Of a stretch of DNA of 64,000 bases, positions 46,150 through 61,700 are shown piece after piece; position 1 is the first letter of the stretch; each line of letters begins with the position of its first letter. Position numbers and translations under genes: made by a program. Below the pieces are notes generated by a model that saw nothing but the letters and a program-made list of their open reading frames with translations, had not been told where the DNA came from and did not search any database. The DNA lies in the NCBI GenBank assembly GCA_964016885.1, contig OZ024742.1, positions 347,448,001-347,512,000 on the forward strand, in the 5' to 3' direction. This stretch comes from Eledone cirrhosa (lineage: Eukaryota).

Positions 46150-49100
46150 TAACACAGTCTTCTCTCACCCCATCACATCTCTATATCACAGTCTTCTCTC
46201 ATCCCATCACATCTCTATAACACAGTCTTCTCTCACCCCATCACATCTCTATATCACAGTCTTCTCTCACCCCATCACATCTCTATATCACAGTCTTCTC
46301 TCACTCCATCACATCTCTATGTAAGTCTTCTCTCATCCCTTCACATCTCTATAACACAGTCTTCTCTCACCTCATCACATCTCTATATCACAGTCTTCTC
46401 TCACTCCATCACATCTCTATATTAGCCTTCTCTCACCCCATCACATCTCTATATCACAGTCTTCTCTCACCACATAACATCTCTATATCACAGTCTTCTC
46501 TCACTCCATCACATCTCTATAACACAGTCTTCTCTCACCTCATCACATCTCTATATCACAGTCTTCTCTCACCCCATCACATCTCTATAACACAGTCTTC
46601 TCCTACCCCATCACATCTCTATATCACAGTCTTCTCTCATCCCATCACATCTCCATATCACAGTCTTCTCTCACCCCATCACATCTCTATGTAAGTCTTC
46701 TCTCATCCCTTCACATCTCTATAACACAGTCTTCTCTCACCTCATCACATCTCTATATCACAGTCTTCTCTCACTCCATCACATCTCTATATTAGTCTTC
46801 TCTCACCCCATCACATCTCTATATCACAGTCTTCTCTCACCCGATCACATCTCTATATCACAGTCTTCTCTCACCTCATCACATCTCTATAACACAGTCT
46901 TCTCTCACCCCATCACATCTCTATAACACAGTCTTCTCTCACCCCATCACATCTATATATCACAGTCTTCTCTCACCCCATCACATCTCTATATCACAGT
47001 CTTCTCTCATCCAATCTCATCTCTATATCAGTCTTCTCTCACACCATCATATCTCTATATCACAGTCTTCTCTCACCCCATCACATCTCTATAACACAGT
47101 CTTCTCTCATCCCATCACATCTCTATATCAGTCTTCTCTCACCCCATCACATATCTATATCACAGTCTTCTCTCACCCCATCACATCTCTATATCATTCT
47201 TCTCTCATCCCATCACATCTCTATATGACAGTCTTCTCTCACCCCATCACATCTCTATATCACAGTCTTCTCTCACCTCATCACATCTCTATATCACAGA
47301 CTTCTCTCATCCCATCACATCTCTATATAAGTCTTCTCTCACCCCATCACATCTCTATAACAGTCTTCTCTCATCCCATCACATCTCTATATCACAGTCT
47401 TCTCTCACCCCATCACATCTCTATAACAGTCTTCTCTCATCCCATCACATCTCTATATCAGTCTTCTCTCACCCCATCACATCTCTATATCACAGTCTTC
47501 TCTCACCCCATCATATCTCTATATCACAGTCTTCTCTCACCCCATCACATCTCTATATCACAGTCTTCTCTCACCCCATCACATCTCTATAACACAGTCT
47601 TCTCTCACCCCATCACATCTCTATAACACAGTCTTCTCTCATCCCATCACATCTCTATAACACAGACTTCTCTCACCTCATCACATCTCTATAACAGTCT
47701 TCTCTCACCCCATCACATCTCTATATCTCAGTCTTCTCTCACCCCATCACATCTCTATAACAGTCTTCTCTCACCCCATCACATCTCTATAACACAGTCT
47801 TCTCTCATCCCATCAAATCTATAACACAGACTTCTCTCACCTCATCACATCTCTATATCACAGTCTTCTCTCACCCCATCACATCTCTATAACACAGTCT
47901 TCTCTCATCCCATCACATCTCTATATCACAGTCTTCTCTCATCCCATCACATCTCTATATCACAGTCTTCTCTCACCCCATCACATCTCTATAACACAGT
48001 CTTCTCTCACCCCATCACATCTCTATATCACAGTCTTCTATGACCCCATCACATCTCTATATCACAGTCTTCTCTGACCCCATCACATCTCTATAACACT
48101 CTTCTCTCACCCCATCGCATCTCTATAACACAGTCTTCTCTCATCCCATCAAATCTATAACACAGACTTCTCTTACCTCATCACATCTCTATATCACAGT
48201 CTTCTCTCACCCCATCACATCTCTATAACACAGTCTTCTCTCACCCCATCACATCTCTATAACACAGTCTTCTCTCATCCCATCACATCTCTATATCACA
48301 GTCTTCTCTCACCCCATCACATCTCTATATCACAGTCTTCTCTGACCCCATCAAATCTATAACACAGACTTCTCTTACCTCATCACATCTCTATATCACA
48401 GTCTTCTCTCACCCCATCACATCTCTATAACACAGTCTTCTCTCACCCCATCACATCTCTATAACACAGTCTTCTCTCATCCCATCACATCTCTATATCA
48501 CAGTCTTCTCTCACCCCATCACATCTCTATATCACAGTCTTCTATGACCCCACCACATCTCTATATCACAGTCTTCTCTCACCCCATCACATCTCTATAT
48601 CACAGTCTTATCTCACCCCATCACATCTCTATAACACAGTCTTCTCTCACTCCATGACATCTCTATAACGCAGTCTTCTCTCACCCCATCACATCTCTAT
48701 ATCACAGTCTTCTCTCATCCCATCACATCTCTATATCACAGTCTTCTCTCACCCCATCATATCTCTATATCACAGTCTTCTCTCACCCCATCACATCTCT
48801 ATAATACAGTCTTCTCTCACCCCATCACATCTCTATAACACAGTCTTCTCTCACCCCATCACATCTATATATCACAGTCTTATCTCACCCCATCACATCT
48901 CTATAATACAGTCTTCTCTCACGCCATCATATCTCTATATCACAGTCTTCTCTCACCCCATCACATCTCTATATCACAGTCTTCCCTCACTCCATCACAT
49001 CTCTATAACACAGTCTTCTCTCACCCCATCACATCTCTATATCACAGTCTTCTCTCATCCCATCACATCTCTATATCACAGTCTTCTCTCACCCCATCAT

Positions 49101-52100
49101 ATCTCTATATCACAGTCTTCTCTCACCCCATCACATCTCTATATCACAGTCTTCTCTCACCCCATCACATCTCTATATCACAGTCTTCTCTCACCTCATC
49201 ATATCTCTATATCACAGTCTTCTCTCACCCCATCACATCTCTATAACAGTCTTCTCTCATCCCATCACATCTATATATCACAGTCTTCTCTCACCCCATC
49301 ACACCTCTATATCAGTCTACTCTCACCCCATCACATCTCTATATCACAGTCTTCTCTCACCCCATCACATCTCTATAAAATAGTCTTCTCTCACCCCATC
49401 ACATCTCTATAACACAGTCTTCTCTCACCCCATCACATCTCTATAACACAGTCTTCTCTCACCCCATCACATCTCTATAAAACAGTCTTCTCTCACCCCA
49501 TCACACCTCTATATCACAGTCTTCTCTCACCCCATCACATCTCTATATCACAGTCTTCTCTCACCTCATCACATCTCTATAACACAGTCTTCTCTCACCC
49601 CATCACATCTCTATAACACAGTCTTCTCTCACCCCATCACATCTCTATATCACAGTCTTCTCTCATCCCATCACATCTCTATAACACAGTCTTCTCTCAC
49701 CCCATCACATCTCTATATCACAGTCTTCTCTCACCCCATCACATCTCTATATCACAGTCTTCTCTCACTCCATCACATCTCTATGTAAGTCTTCTCTCAT
49801 CCCTTCACATCTCTATAACACAGTCTTCTCTCACCTCATCACATCTCTATATCACAGTCTTCTCTCACTCCATCACATCTCTATATTAGCCTTCTCTCAC
49901 CCCATCACATCTCTATATCACAGTCTTCTCTCACCACATAACATCTCTATATCACAGTCTTCTCTCACTCCATCACATCTCTATAACACAGTCTTCTCTC
50001 ACCTCATCACATCTCTATATCACAGTCTTCTCTCACCCCATCACATCTCTATAACACAGTCTTCTCCTACCCCATCACATCTCTATATCACAGTCTTCTC
50101 TCATCCCATCACATCTCCATATCACAGTCTTCTCTCACCCCATCACATCTCTATGTAAGTCTTCTCTCATCCCTTCACATCTCTATAACACAGTCTTCTC
50201 TCACCTCATCACATCTCTATATCACAGTCTTCTCTCACTCCATCACATCTCTATATTAGTCTTCTCTCACCCCATCACATCTCTATATCACAGTCTTCTC
50301 TCACCCGATCACATCTCTATATCACAGTCTTCTCTCACCTCATCACATCTCTATAACACAGTCTTCTCTCACCCCATCACATCTCTATAACACAGTCTTC
50401 TCTCACCCCATCACATCTATATATCACAGTCTTCTCTCACCCCATCACATCTCTATATCACAGTCTTCTCTCATCCAATCTCATCTCTATATCAGTCTTC
50501 TCTCACACCATCATATCTCTATATCACAGTCTTCTCTCACCCCATCACATCTCTATAACACAGTCTTCTCTCATCCCATCACATCTCTATATCAGTCTTC
50601 TCTCACCCCATCACATATCTATATCACAGTCTTCTCTCACCCCATCACATCTCTATATCATTCTTCTCTCATCCCATCACATCTCTATATGACAGTCTTC
50701 TCTCACCCCATCACATCTCTATATCACAGTCTTCTCTCACCTCATCACATCTCTATATCACAGACTTCTCTCATCCCATCACATCTCTATATAAGTCTTC
50801 TCTCACCCCATCACATCTCTATAACAGTCTTCTCTCATCCCATCACATCTCTATATCACAGTCTTCTCTCACCCCATCACATCTCTATAACAGTCTTCTC
50901 TCATCCCATCACATCTCTATATCAGTCTTCTCTCACCCCATCACATCTCTATATCACAGTCTTCTCTCACCCCATCATATCTCTATATCACAGTCTTCTC
51001 TCACCCCATCACATCTCTATATCACAGTCTTCTCTCACCCCATCACATCTCTATAACACAGTCTTCTCTCACCCCATCACATCTCTATAACACAGTCTTC
51101 TCTCATCCCATCACATCTCTATAACACAGACTTCTCTCACCTCATCACATCTCTATAACAGTCTTCTCTCACCCCATCACATCTCTATATCTCAGTCTTC
51201 TCTCACCCCATCACATCTCTATAACAGTCTTCTCTCACCCCATCACATCTCTATAACACAGTCTTCTCTCATCCCATCAAATCTATAACACAGACTTCTC
51301 TCACCTCATCACATCTCTATATCACAGTCTTCTCTCACCCCATCACATCTCTATAACACAGTCTTCTCTCATCCCATCACATCTCTATATCACAGTCTTC
51401 TCTCATCCCATCACATCTCTATATCACAGTCTTCTCTCACCCCATCACATCTCTATAACACAGTCTTCTCTCACCCCATCACATCTCTATATCACAGTCT
51501 TCTATGACCCCATCACATCTCTATATCACAGTCTTCTCTGACCCCATCACATCTCTATAACACTCTTCTCTCACCCCATCGCATCTCTATAACACAGTCT
51601 TCTCTCATCCCATCAAATCTATAACACAGACTTCTCTTACCTCATCACATCTCTATATCACAGTCTTCTCTCACCCCATCACATCTCTATAACACAGTCT
51701 TCTCTCACCCCATCACATCTCTATAACACAGTCTTCTCTCATCCCATCACATCTCTATATCACAGTCTTCTCTCACCCCATCACATCTCTATATCACAGT
51801 CTTCTCTGACCCCATCAAATCTATAACACAGACTTCTCTTACCTCATCACATCTCTATATCACAGTCTTCTCTCACCCCATCACATCTCTATAACACAGT
51901 CTTCTCTCACCCCATCACATCTCTATAACACAGTCTTCTCTCATCCCATCACATCTCTATATCACAGTCTTCTCTCACCCCATCACATCTCTATATCACA
52001 GTCTTCTATGACCCCATCACATCTCTATATCACAGTCTTCTCTCACCCCATCACATCTCTATAACACAGTCTTCTCTCACTCCATGACATCTCTATAACG

Positions 52101-53060
52101 CAGTCTTCTCTCACCCCATCACATCTCTATATCACAGTCTTCTCTCATCCCATCACATCTCTATATCACAGTCTTCTCTCACCCCATCATATCTCTATAT
52201 CACAGTCTTCTCTCACCCCATCACATCTCTATAATACAGTCTTCTCTCACCCCATCACATCTCTATAACACAGTCTTCTCTCACCCCATCACATCTATAT
52301 ATCACAGTCTTATCTCACCCCATCACATCTCTATAATACAGTCTTCTCTCACGCCATCATATCTCTATATCACAGTCTTCTCTCACCCCATCACATCTCT
52401 ATATCACAGTCTTCCCTCACTCCATCACATCTCTATAACACAGTCTTCTCTCACCCCATCACATCTCTATATCACAGTCTTCTCTCATCCCATCACATCT
52501 CTATATCACAGTCTTCTCTCACCCCATCATATCTCTATATCACAGTCTTCTCTCACCCCATCACATCTCTATATCACAGTCTTCTCTCACCCCATCACAT
52601 CTCTATATCACAGTCTTCTCTCACCTCATCATATCTCTATATCACAGTCTTCTCTCACCCCATCACATCTCTATAACAGTCTTCTCTCATCCCATCACAT
52701 CTATATATCACAGTCTTCTCTCACCCCATCACACCTCTATATCAGTCTACTCTCACCCCATCACATCTCTATATCACAGTCTTCTCTCACCCCATCACAT
52801 CTCTATAAAATAGTCTTCTCTCACCCCATCACATCTCTATAACACAGTCTTCTCTCACCCCATCACATCTCTATAACACAGTCTTCTCTCACCCCATCAC
52901 ATCTCTATAAAACAGTCTTCTCTCACCCCATCACACCTCTATATCACAGTCTTCTCTCACCCCATCACATCTCTATATCACAGTCTTCTCTCACCTCATC
53001 ACATCTCTATAACACAGTCTTCTCTCACCCCATCACATCTCTATAACACAGTCTTCTCTC
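46150..53060. repeat. Tandem higher-order duplication, period 3464 bp, then 3430 bp after a one-unit difference
   Basis: ATTAGCCTTC G at 46425/49889 and ORFs at 47225/50689 (+3464); TCCATGACAT G at 48656/52086 (+3430). Confidence 0.93.
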
Positions 53061-56000
53061 ACCCCATCAGATCTCTATAACACAGACTTCTCTCACCTCA
53101 TCACATCTCTATATCACAGTCGTCTCTCACCCCATCAAATCCCTATAACACAAACTTCTCTCACCTCATCACATCTCTATAACACAGTCTTCTCTCACCC
53201 CATCACATCTCTATAACACAGTCTTCTCTCACCCCATCACACCTCTATAACACAGTCTTCTCTCATCCCATCACATCTCTATAACACAGACTTCTCTCAC
53301 CTCATCACATCTCTATAAAACAGTCTTCTCTCACCCCATCACATCTCTATAACACAGTCTTCTCTCACCCCATCACATCCCTATAACACAGTCTTCTCTC
53401 ACCCCATCACATCTCTATAACACAGTCTTCTTTCATCCCATCACATCTCTATATCACAGTCTTCTCTCACCCCATCACATCTCTATATCACAGTCTTCTC
53501 TCATCCCATCTCATCTCTATATCAGTCTTCTCTCACCCCATCATATCTCTATATCACAGTCTTCTCTCACCCCATCACATCTCTATAATAGTCTTCTCTC
53601 ACCCCATCACATCTCTATAACACAGTCTTCTCTCATCCCATCACATCTCTATATCAGTCTTCTCTCACCCCATCACATATCTATATCACAGTCTTCTCTC
53701 ATCCCATCACATCTCTATATCAGTCTTCTCTCACCCCATCATATCTCTATATCACAGTCTTCTCTCACCCCATCACATCTCTATATCAGTCTTCTCTCAT
53801 CCCATCACATCTCTATATCACAGTCTTCTCTCACCCCATCACATCTCTATATCACAGTCTTCTCTCACCTCATCACTATATCACAGTCTTCTCTCATCCC
53901 ATCACATCTCTATATAAGTCTTCACTCACCCCATCACATCTCTATAACAGTCTTCTCTCATCCCATCACATCTCTATATCACAGTCTTCTCTCAACCCAT
54001 CACATCTCTATAACACAGTCTTCTCTCACCCCATCACATCTCTATAACACAGACTTCTCTCATCTCATCACATCTCTATAACAGTCTTCTCTCACCCCAT
54101 CACATCTCTATATCAGTCTTCTCTCACCCCATCACATCTCTATATCACAGTCTTCTCTCACCCCATCACATCTCTATAACAGTCTTCTCTCACCCCATCA
54201 CATCTCTATAACACAGTCTTCTCTCATCCCATCAAATCTCTATAACACAGACTTCCCTCATCCCATCACATCTCTATATCACAGTCTTCTCTCACCTCAT
54301 CACATCTCTATAAAACAGTCTTCTCTCATCGCATCACATCTCTATAACACAGTCTTCTCTCACCCCATCAGATCTTTATAACACAGACTTCTCTCACCTC
54401 ATCACATCTCTATATCACAGTCGTCTCTCACCCCATCACATCCCTATAACACAAACTTCACTCACCTCATCACATCTCTATATCACAGTCTTCTCTCACC
54501 CCATCACATCTCTATAACACAGTCTTCTCTCACCCCATCACATCTCTATAACACAGTCTTCTCTCACCCCATCACACCTCTATAACAGTCTTCTCTCATC
54601 CCATCACATCTCTATAACACAGACTTCTCTCACCTCATCACATCTCTATAAAACAGTCTTCTCTCACCCCATCACATCTCTATAACACAGTCTTCTCTCA
54701 CCCCATCACATCCCTATAACACAGTCTTCTCTCACCCCATCACATCTCTATAACACAGTCTTCTTTCATCCCATCACATCTCTATATCACAGTCTTCTCT
54801 CACCCCATCACATCTCTATATCACAGTCTTCTCTCATCCCATCTCATCTCTATATCAGTCTTCTCTCACCCCATCATATCTCTATATCACAGTCTTCTCT
54901 CACCCCATCACATCTCTATAATACAGTCTTCTCTCACCCCATCACATCTCTATATCACAGTCTTCTCTCACCCAATCACATCTCTATATCACAGTCTTCT
55001 CTCACCCCATCACACCTCTATATCAGTCTTCTCTCACCCCATCACATCTCTATATCACAGTCTTCTTTCACCACATCACATCTCTATATCACAGTCTTCT
55101 CTCACCCTATCACATCTCTATATCACAGTCCTCTCTAACCCCATCACATCTCTATAAAACAGTCTTCTCTCGCCCCATCACATCTCTATAACACAGTCTT
55201 CTCTCACCCCATCACATCTCTATAAAACAGTCTTCTCTCACCTCATCACATCTCTTTAACACAGTCTTCTCTCACCCCATCACATCTCTATATCACAGTC
55301 TTCTCTCACCCCATCACACCTCTATATCAGTCTTCTCTCACCCCATCACATCTCTATATCACAGTCTTCTCTCACCCCATCACATCTCTATAAAATAGTC
55401 TTCTCTCACCCCATCACATCTCTATAACACAGTCTTCTCTCACCCCATCACATCTCTATATCACAGTCTTCTCTCACCCCATCACATCTCTATAAAATAG
55501 TCTTCTCTCACCCCATCACATCTCTATATCACAGTCTTCTCTCACCTCATCACATCTCTATAAAACAGTCTTCTCTCACCCGATCACATCTCTATAACAC
55601 AGTCTTCTCTCACCCCATCACATCTCTATAACACAGACTTCTCTCACCTCATCACATCTCTATATCACAGTCTTCTCTCACCCCATCACATCCCTATAAC
55701 ACAAACTTCTCTCACCTCATCACATCTCTATATCACAGTCTTCTCTCACCCCATCACATCTCTATAACCCAGTCTTCTCTCACCCCATCACATCTCTATA
55801 AAACAGTCTTCTCTCACCCCATCACACCTCTATATCACAGTCTTCTCTCACCCGATCACATCTCTATATCACAGTCTTCTCTCACCTCATCACATCTCTA
55901 TAAAACAGTCTTCTCTCACCCCATCACATCTCTATAACACAGTTTTCTCTCACCCCATCACATCTCTGTAACACAGACTTCTCTCACCTCATCACATCTC

Positions 56001-58779
56001 TATATCACAGTCTTCTCTCACCCCATCACATCTCTATAACACAGACTTCTCTCACCCCATCACATCTCTATATCACAGTCTTCTCTCAGCCCATCACATC
56101 TCTATATCACAGTCTTCTCTCACCCCATCACATCCCTATAACATAAACTTCTCTCACCTCATCACATCTCTATATCACAGTCTTCTCTCACCCCATCACA
56201 TCTCTATAACACAGTCTTCTCTCACCCCATCACATCTCTATAACACAGTCTTCTCTCATCCCTTCACATCTCTATAACACAGTCTTCTCTCACCTCATCA
56301 CATCTCTATATCACAGTCTTCTCTCACTCCATCACATCTCTATATTAGTCTTCTCTCACCCCATCACATCTCTATATCACAGTCTTCTCGCACCCCATAA
56401 CATCTCTATATCACAGTCTTCTCTCACTCCATCACATCTCTATAACACAGTCTTCTCTCACCTCATCACATCTCTATATCACAGTCTTCTCTCACCCCAT
56501 CACATCTCTATAACACAGTCTTCTCTCACCCCATCACATCTTTATATCACAGTCTTCTCTCACCCCATAACATCTCCATATCACAGTCTTCTCTCACCCC
56601 ATCACATCTCTATATCACAGACTTCTCTCACCTCATCACATCTCTATATCACAGTCTTCTCTCACTCCATCACATCTCTATAACACAGTCTTCTCCTACC
56701 CCATCATATCTCTATATCACAGTCTTCTCTCATCCCATCACATCTCCATATCACAGTCTTCTCTCACCCCATCACATCTCTATGTAAGTCTTCTCTCATC
56801 CCTTCAAATCTCTATAACACAGTCTTCTCCACCTCATCACATCTCTATATCACAGTCTTCTCTCACTCCATCACATCTCTATATTAGTCTTCTCTCACCC
56901 CATCACATCTCTATATCACAGTCTTCTCTCACCCGATCACATCTCTATATCACAGTCTTCTCTCACCTCATCACATCTCTATAACACAGTCTTCTCTCAC
57001 CCCATCACATCTCTATAACGCAGTCTTCTCTCACCCCATCACATCTATATATCACAGTCTTCTCTCACCCCATCACATCTCGATATCACAGTCTTCTCTC
57101 ATCCAATCTCATCTCTATATCAGTCTTCTCTCACCCCATCATATCTCTATATCACAGTCTTCTCTCACCCCATCACATCTTTATAATACAGTCTTCTCTC
57201 ACCCCATCACATCTCTATAACACAGTCTTCTCTCATCCCATCACATCTCTATATCAGTCTTCTCTCACCCCATCACATATCTATATCACAGTCTTCTCTC
57301 ATCCCATCACATCTCTATATCAGTCTTCTCTCACCCCATCATATCTCTATATCACAGTCTTCTCTCACCCCATCACATCTCTATATCAGTCTTCTCTCAC
57401 CCCATCACATCTCTATATCACAGTCTTCTCTCACCTCATCACATCTCTATATCACAGTCTTCTCTCACCTCATCACATCTCTATAAAACAGTCTTCTCTC
57501 ACCCCATCACATCTCTATAACACAGTTTTCTCTCACCCCATCACATCTCTATAACACAGACTTCTCTCACCTCATCACATCTCTATATCACAGTCTTCTC
57601 TCACCCCATCACATCTCTATAAGACAGACTTCTCTCACCCCATCACATCTCTATATCACAGTCTTCTCTCAGCCCATCACATCTCTATATCACAGTCTTC
57701 TCTCACCCCATCACATCCCTATAACACAAACTTCTCTCACCTCATCACATCTCTATATCACAGTCTTCTCTCACCCCATCACATCTCTATAACACAGTCT
57801 TCTCTCACCCCATCACATCTCTATAACACAGTCTTCTCTCATCCCTTCACATCTCTATAACACAGTCTTCTCTCACCTCATCACATCTCTATATCACAGT
57901 CTTCTCTCACTCCATCACATCTCTATATTAGTCTTCTCTCACCCCATCACATCTCTATATCACAGTCTTCTCGCACCCCATAACATCTCTATATCACAGT
58001 CTTCTCTCACTCCATCACATCTCTATAACACAGTCTTCTCTCACCTCATCACATCTCTATATCACAGTCTTCTCTCACCCCATCACATCTCTGTAACACA
58101 GTCTTCTCTCACCCCATAACATCTCCATATCACAGTCTTCTCTCACCCCATCACATCTCTATATCACAGACTTCTCTCACCTCATCACATCTCTATATCA
58201 CAGTCTTCTCTCACTCCATCACATCTCTATAACACAGTCTTCTCCTACCCCATCACATCTCTATATCACAGTCTTCTCTCATCCCATCACATCTTTATAA
58301 TACAGTCTTCTCTCACCCCATCACATCTCTATAACACAGTCTTCTCTCATCCCATCACATCTCTATATCAGTCTTCTCTCACCCCATCACATATCTATAT
58401 CACAGTCTTCTCTCATCCCATCACATCTCTATATCAGTCTTGTCTCACCCCATCATATCTCTATATCACAGTCTTCTCTCACCCCATCACATCTCTATAT
58501 CAGTCTTCTCTCACCCCATCACATCTCTATATCACAGTCTTCTCTCACCTCATCACATCTCTATATCACAGTCTTCTCTCATCCCATCACATCTCTATAT
58601 AAGTCTTCTCTCACCCCATCACATCTCTATAACAGTCTTCTCTCATCCCATCACATCTCTATATCACAGTCTTCTCTCACCCCATCACATCTCTATAACA
58701 GTCTTCTCTCATCCCATCACATCTCTATATCAGTCTTCTCTCATCCCATCACATCTCTATATCAGTCTTCTCTCACCCC

Positions 58780-61700
58780 ATCACATCTCTATATCACAGT
58801 CTTCTCTCACCTCATCACATCTCTATAAAACAGTCTTCTCTCACCCCATCACGTCTCTATAACACAGTTTTCTCTCACCCCATCACATCTCTATAACACA
58901 GACTTCTCTCACCTCATCACATCTCTATATCACAGTCTTCTCTCACCCCATCACATCTCTATAACACAGACTTCTCTCACCCCATCACATCTCTATATCA
59001 CAGTCTTCTCTCAGCCCATCACATCTCTATATCACAGTCTTCTCTCACCCCATCACATCCCTATAACACAAACTTCTCTCACCTCATCACATCTCTATAT
59101 CACAGTCTTCTCTCACCCCATCACATCTCTATAACACAGTCTTCTCTCACCCCATCATATCTCTATAACACAGTCTTCTCTCATCCCTTCACATCTCTAT
59201 AACACAGTCTTCTCTCACCTCATCACATCTCTATATCACAGTCTTCTCTCACTCCATCACATCTCTATATTAGTCTTCTCTCACCCCATCACATCTCTAT
59301 ATCACAGTCTTCTCTCACCCCATAACATCTCTATATCACAGTCTTCTCTCACTCTATCACATCTCTATAACACAGTCTTCTCTCACCTCATCACATCTCT
59401 ATATCACAGTCTTCTCTCACCCCATCACATCTCTATAACACAGTCTTCTCTCACCCCATCACATCTCTATATCACAGTCTTCTCTCACCCCATAACATCT
59501 CCATATCACAGTCTTCTCTCACCCCATCACATCTCTATATCACAGACTTCTCTCACCTCATCACATCTCTATATCACAGTCTTCTCTCACTCCATCACAT
59601 CTCTATAACACAGTCTTCTCCTACCCCATCACATCTCTATATCACAGTCTTCTCTCATCCCATCACATCTCCATATCACAGTCTTCTCTCACCCCATCAC
59701 ATCTCTATGTAAGTCTTCTCTCATCCCTTCAAATCTCTATAACACAGTCTTCTCTCACCTCATCACATCTCTATATCACAGTCTTCTCTCACTCCATCAC
59801 ATCTCTATATTAGTCTTCTCTCACCCCATCACATCTCTATATCACAGTCTTCTCTCACCCGATCACATCTCTATATCACAGTCTTCTCTCACCTCATCAC
59901 ATCTCTATAACACAGTCTTCTCTCACCCCATCACATCTCTATAACGCAGTCTTCTCTCACCCCATCACATCTATATATCACAGTCTTCTCTCACCCCATC
60001 ACATCTCTATATCACAGTCTTCTCTCGTCCAATCTCATCTCTATATCAGTCTTCTCTCACCCCATCATATCTCTATATCACAGTCTTCTCTCACCCCATC
60101 ACATCTCTATAATACAGTCTTCTCTCACCCCATCACATCTCTATAACACAGTCTTCTCTCATCCCATCACATATCTATATCAGTCTTCTCTCACCCCATC
60201 ACATATCTATATCACAGTCTTCTCTCATCCCATCACATCTCTATATCAGTCTTCTCTCACCCCATCATATCTCTATATCACAGTCTTCTCTCACCCCATC
60301 ACATCTCTATATCAGTCTTCTCTCACCCCATCACATCTCTATATCACAGTCTTCTCTCACCTCATCACATCTCTATATCACAGTCTTCTCTCATCCCATC
60401 ACATCTCTATATAAGTCTTCTCTCACCCCATCACATCTCTATAACAGTCTTCTCTCATCCCATCACATCTCTATATCACAGTCTTCTCTCACCCCATCAC
60501 ATCTCTATAACAGTCTTCTCTCATCCCATCACATCTCTATATCAGTCTTCTCTCATCCCATCACATCTCTATATCAGTCTTCTCTCACCCCATCACATCT
60601 CTATATCACAGTCTTCTCTCACCCCATCATATCTCTATATCACAGTCTTCTCTCACCCCATCACATCTCTATATCACAGTCTTCTCTCACCCCATCACAT
60701 CTCTATAACACAGTCTTCTCTCACCCCATCACATCTCTATAACACAGTCTTCTCTCATCCCATCACATCTCTATAACACAGACTTCTCTCACCTCATCAC
60801 ATCTCTATAACAGTCTTCTCTCACCCCATCACATCTCTATATCACAGTCTTCTCTCACCCCATCACATCTCTATAACAGTCTTCTCTCACCCCATCACAT
60901 CTCTATAACACAGTCTTCTCTCATCCCATCAAATCTATAACACAGACTTCTCTCACCTCATCACATCTCTATATCACAGTCTTCTCTCACCCCATCACAT
61001 CTCTATAACACAGTCTTCTCTCACCCCATCACATCTCTATAACTCAGTCTTCTCTCACCCCATCACATCTCTATAACAGTCTTCTCTCACCCCATCACAT
61101 CTCTATAACACAGTCTTCTCTCATCCCATCACATCTCTATATCACAGTCTTCTCTCACCCCATCACATCTCTATATCACAGTCTTCTCTCACACCATCAC
61201 ATCTCTATATCACAGTCTTCTCTCACCCCATCACATCTCTATAACTCAGTCTTCTCTCACCCCATCACTTCTCTATATCACAGTCTTCTCTCATCCCATC
61301 ACATCTCTATATCACAGTCTTCTCTCACCCCATCATATCTCTATATCACAGTCTTCTCTCACCCCATCACATCTCTATAATACAGTCTTCTCTCACCCCA
61401 TCACATCTCTATAACACAGTCTTCTCTCACCCCATCACATCTCTATAAACAGTCTTCTCTCACCCCATCACACCTCTATATCACAGTCTTCTCTCACCCG
61501 ATCACATCTCTATATCACAGTCTTCTCTCACCTCATCACATCTCTATAAAACAGTCTTCTCTCACCCCATCACGTCTCTATAACACAGTTTTCTCTCACC
61601 CCATCACATCTCTATAACACAGACTTCTCTCACCTCATCACATCTCTATATCACAGTCTTCTCTCACCCCATCACATCTCTATAACACAGACTTCTCTCA

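Noticed and set aside
9264-58862. The other 16 ORFs, including identical pairs
   Set aside because: Same artefact. Their identity reflects DNA block duplication (+1942, +4116, +3464, +7549), not protein conservation. I used them only as offset markers.
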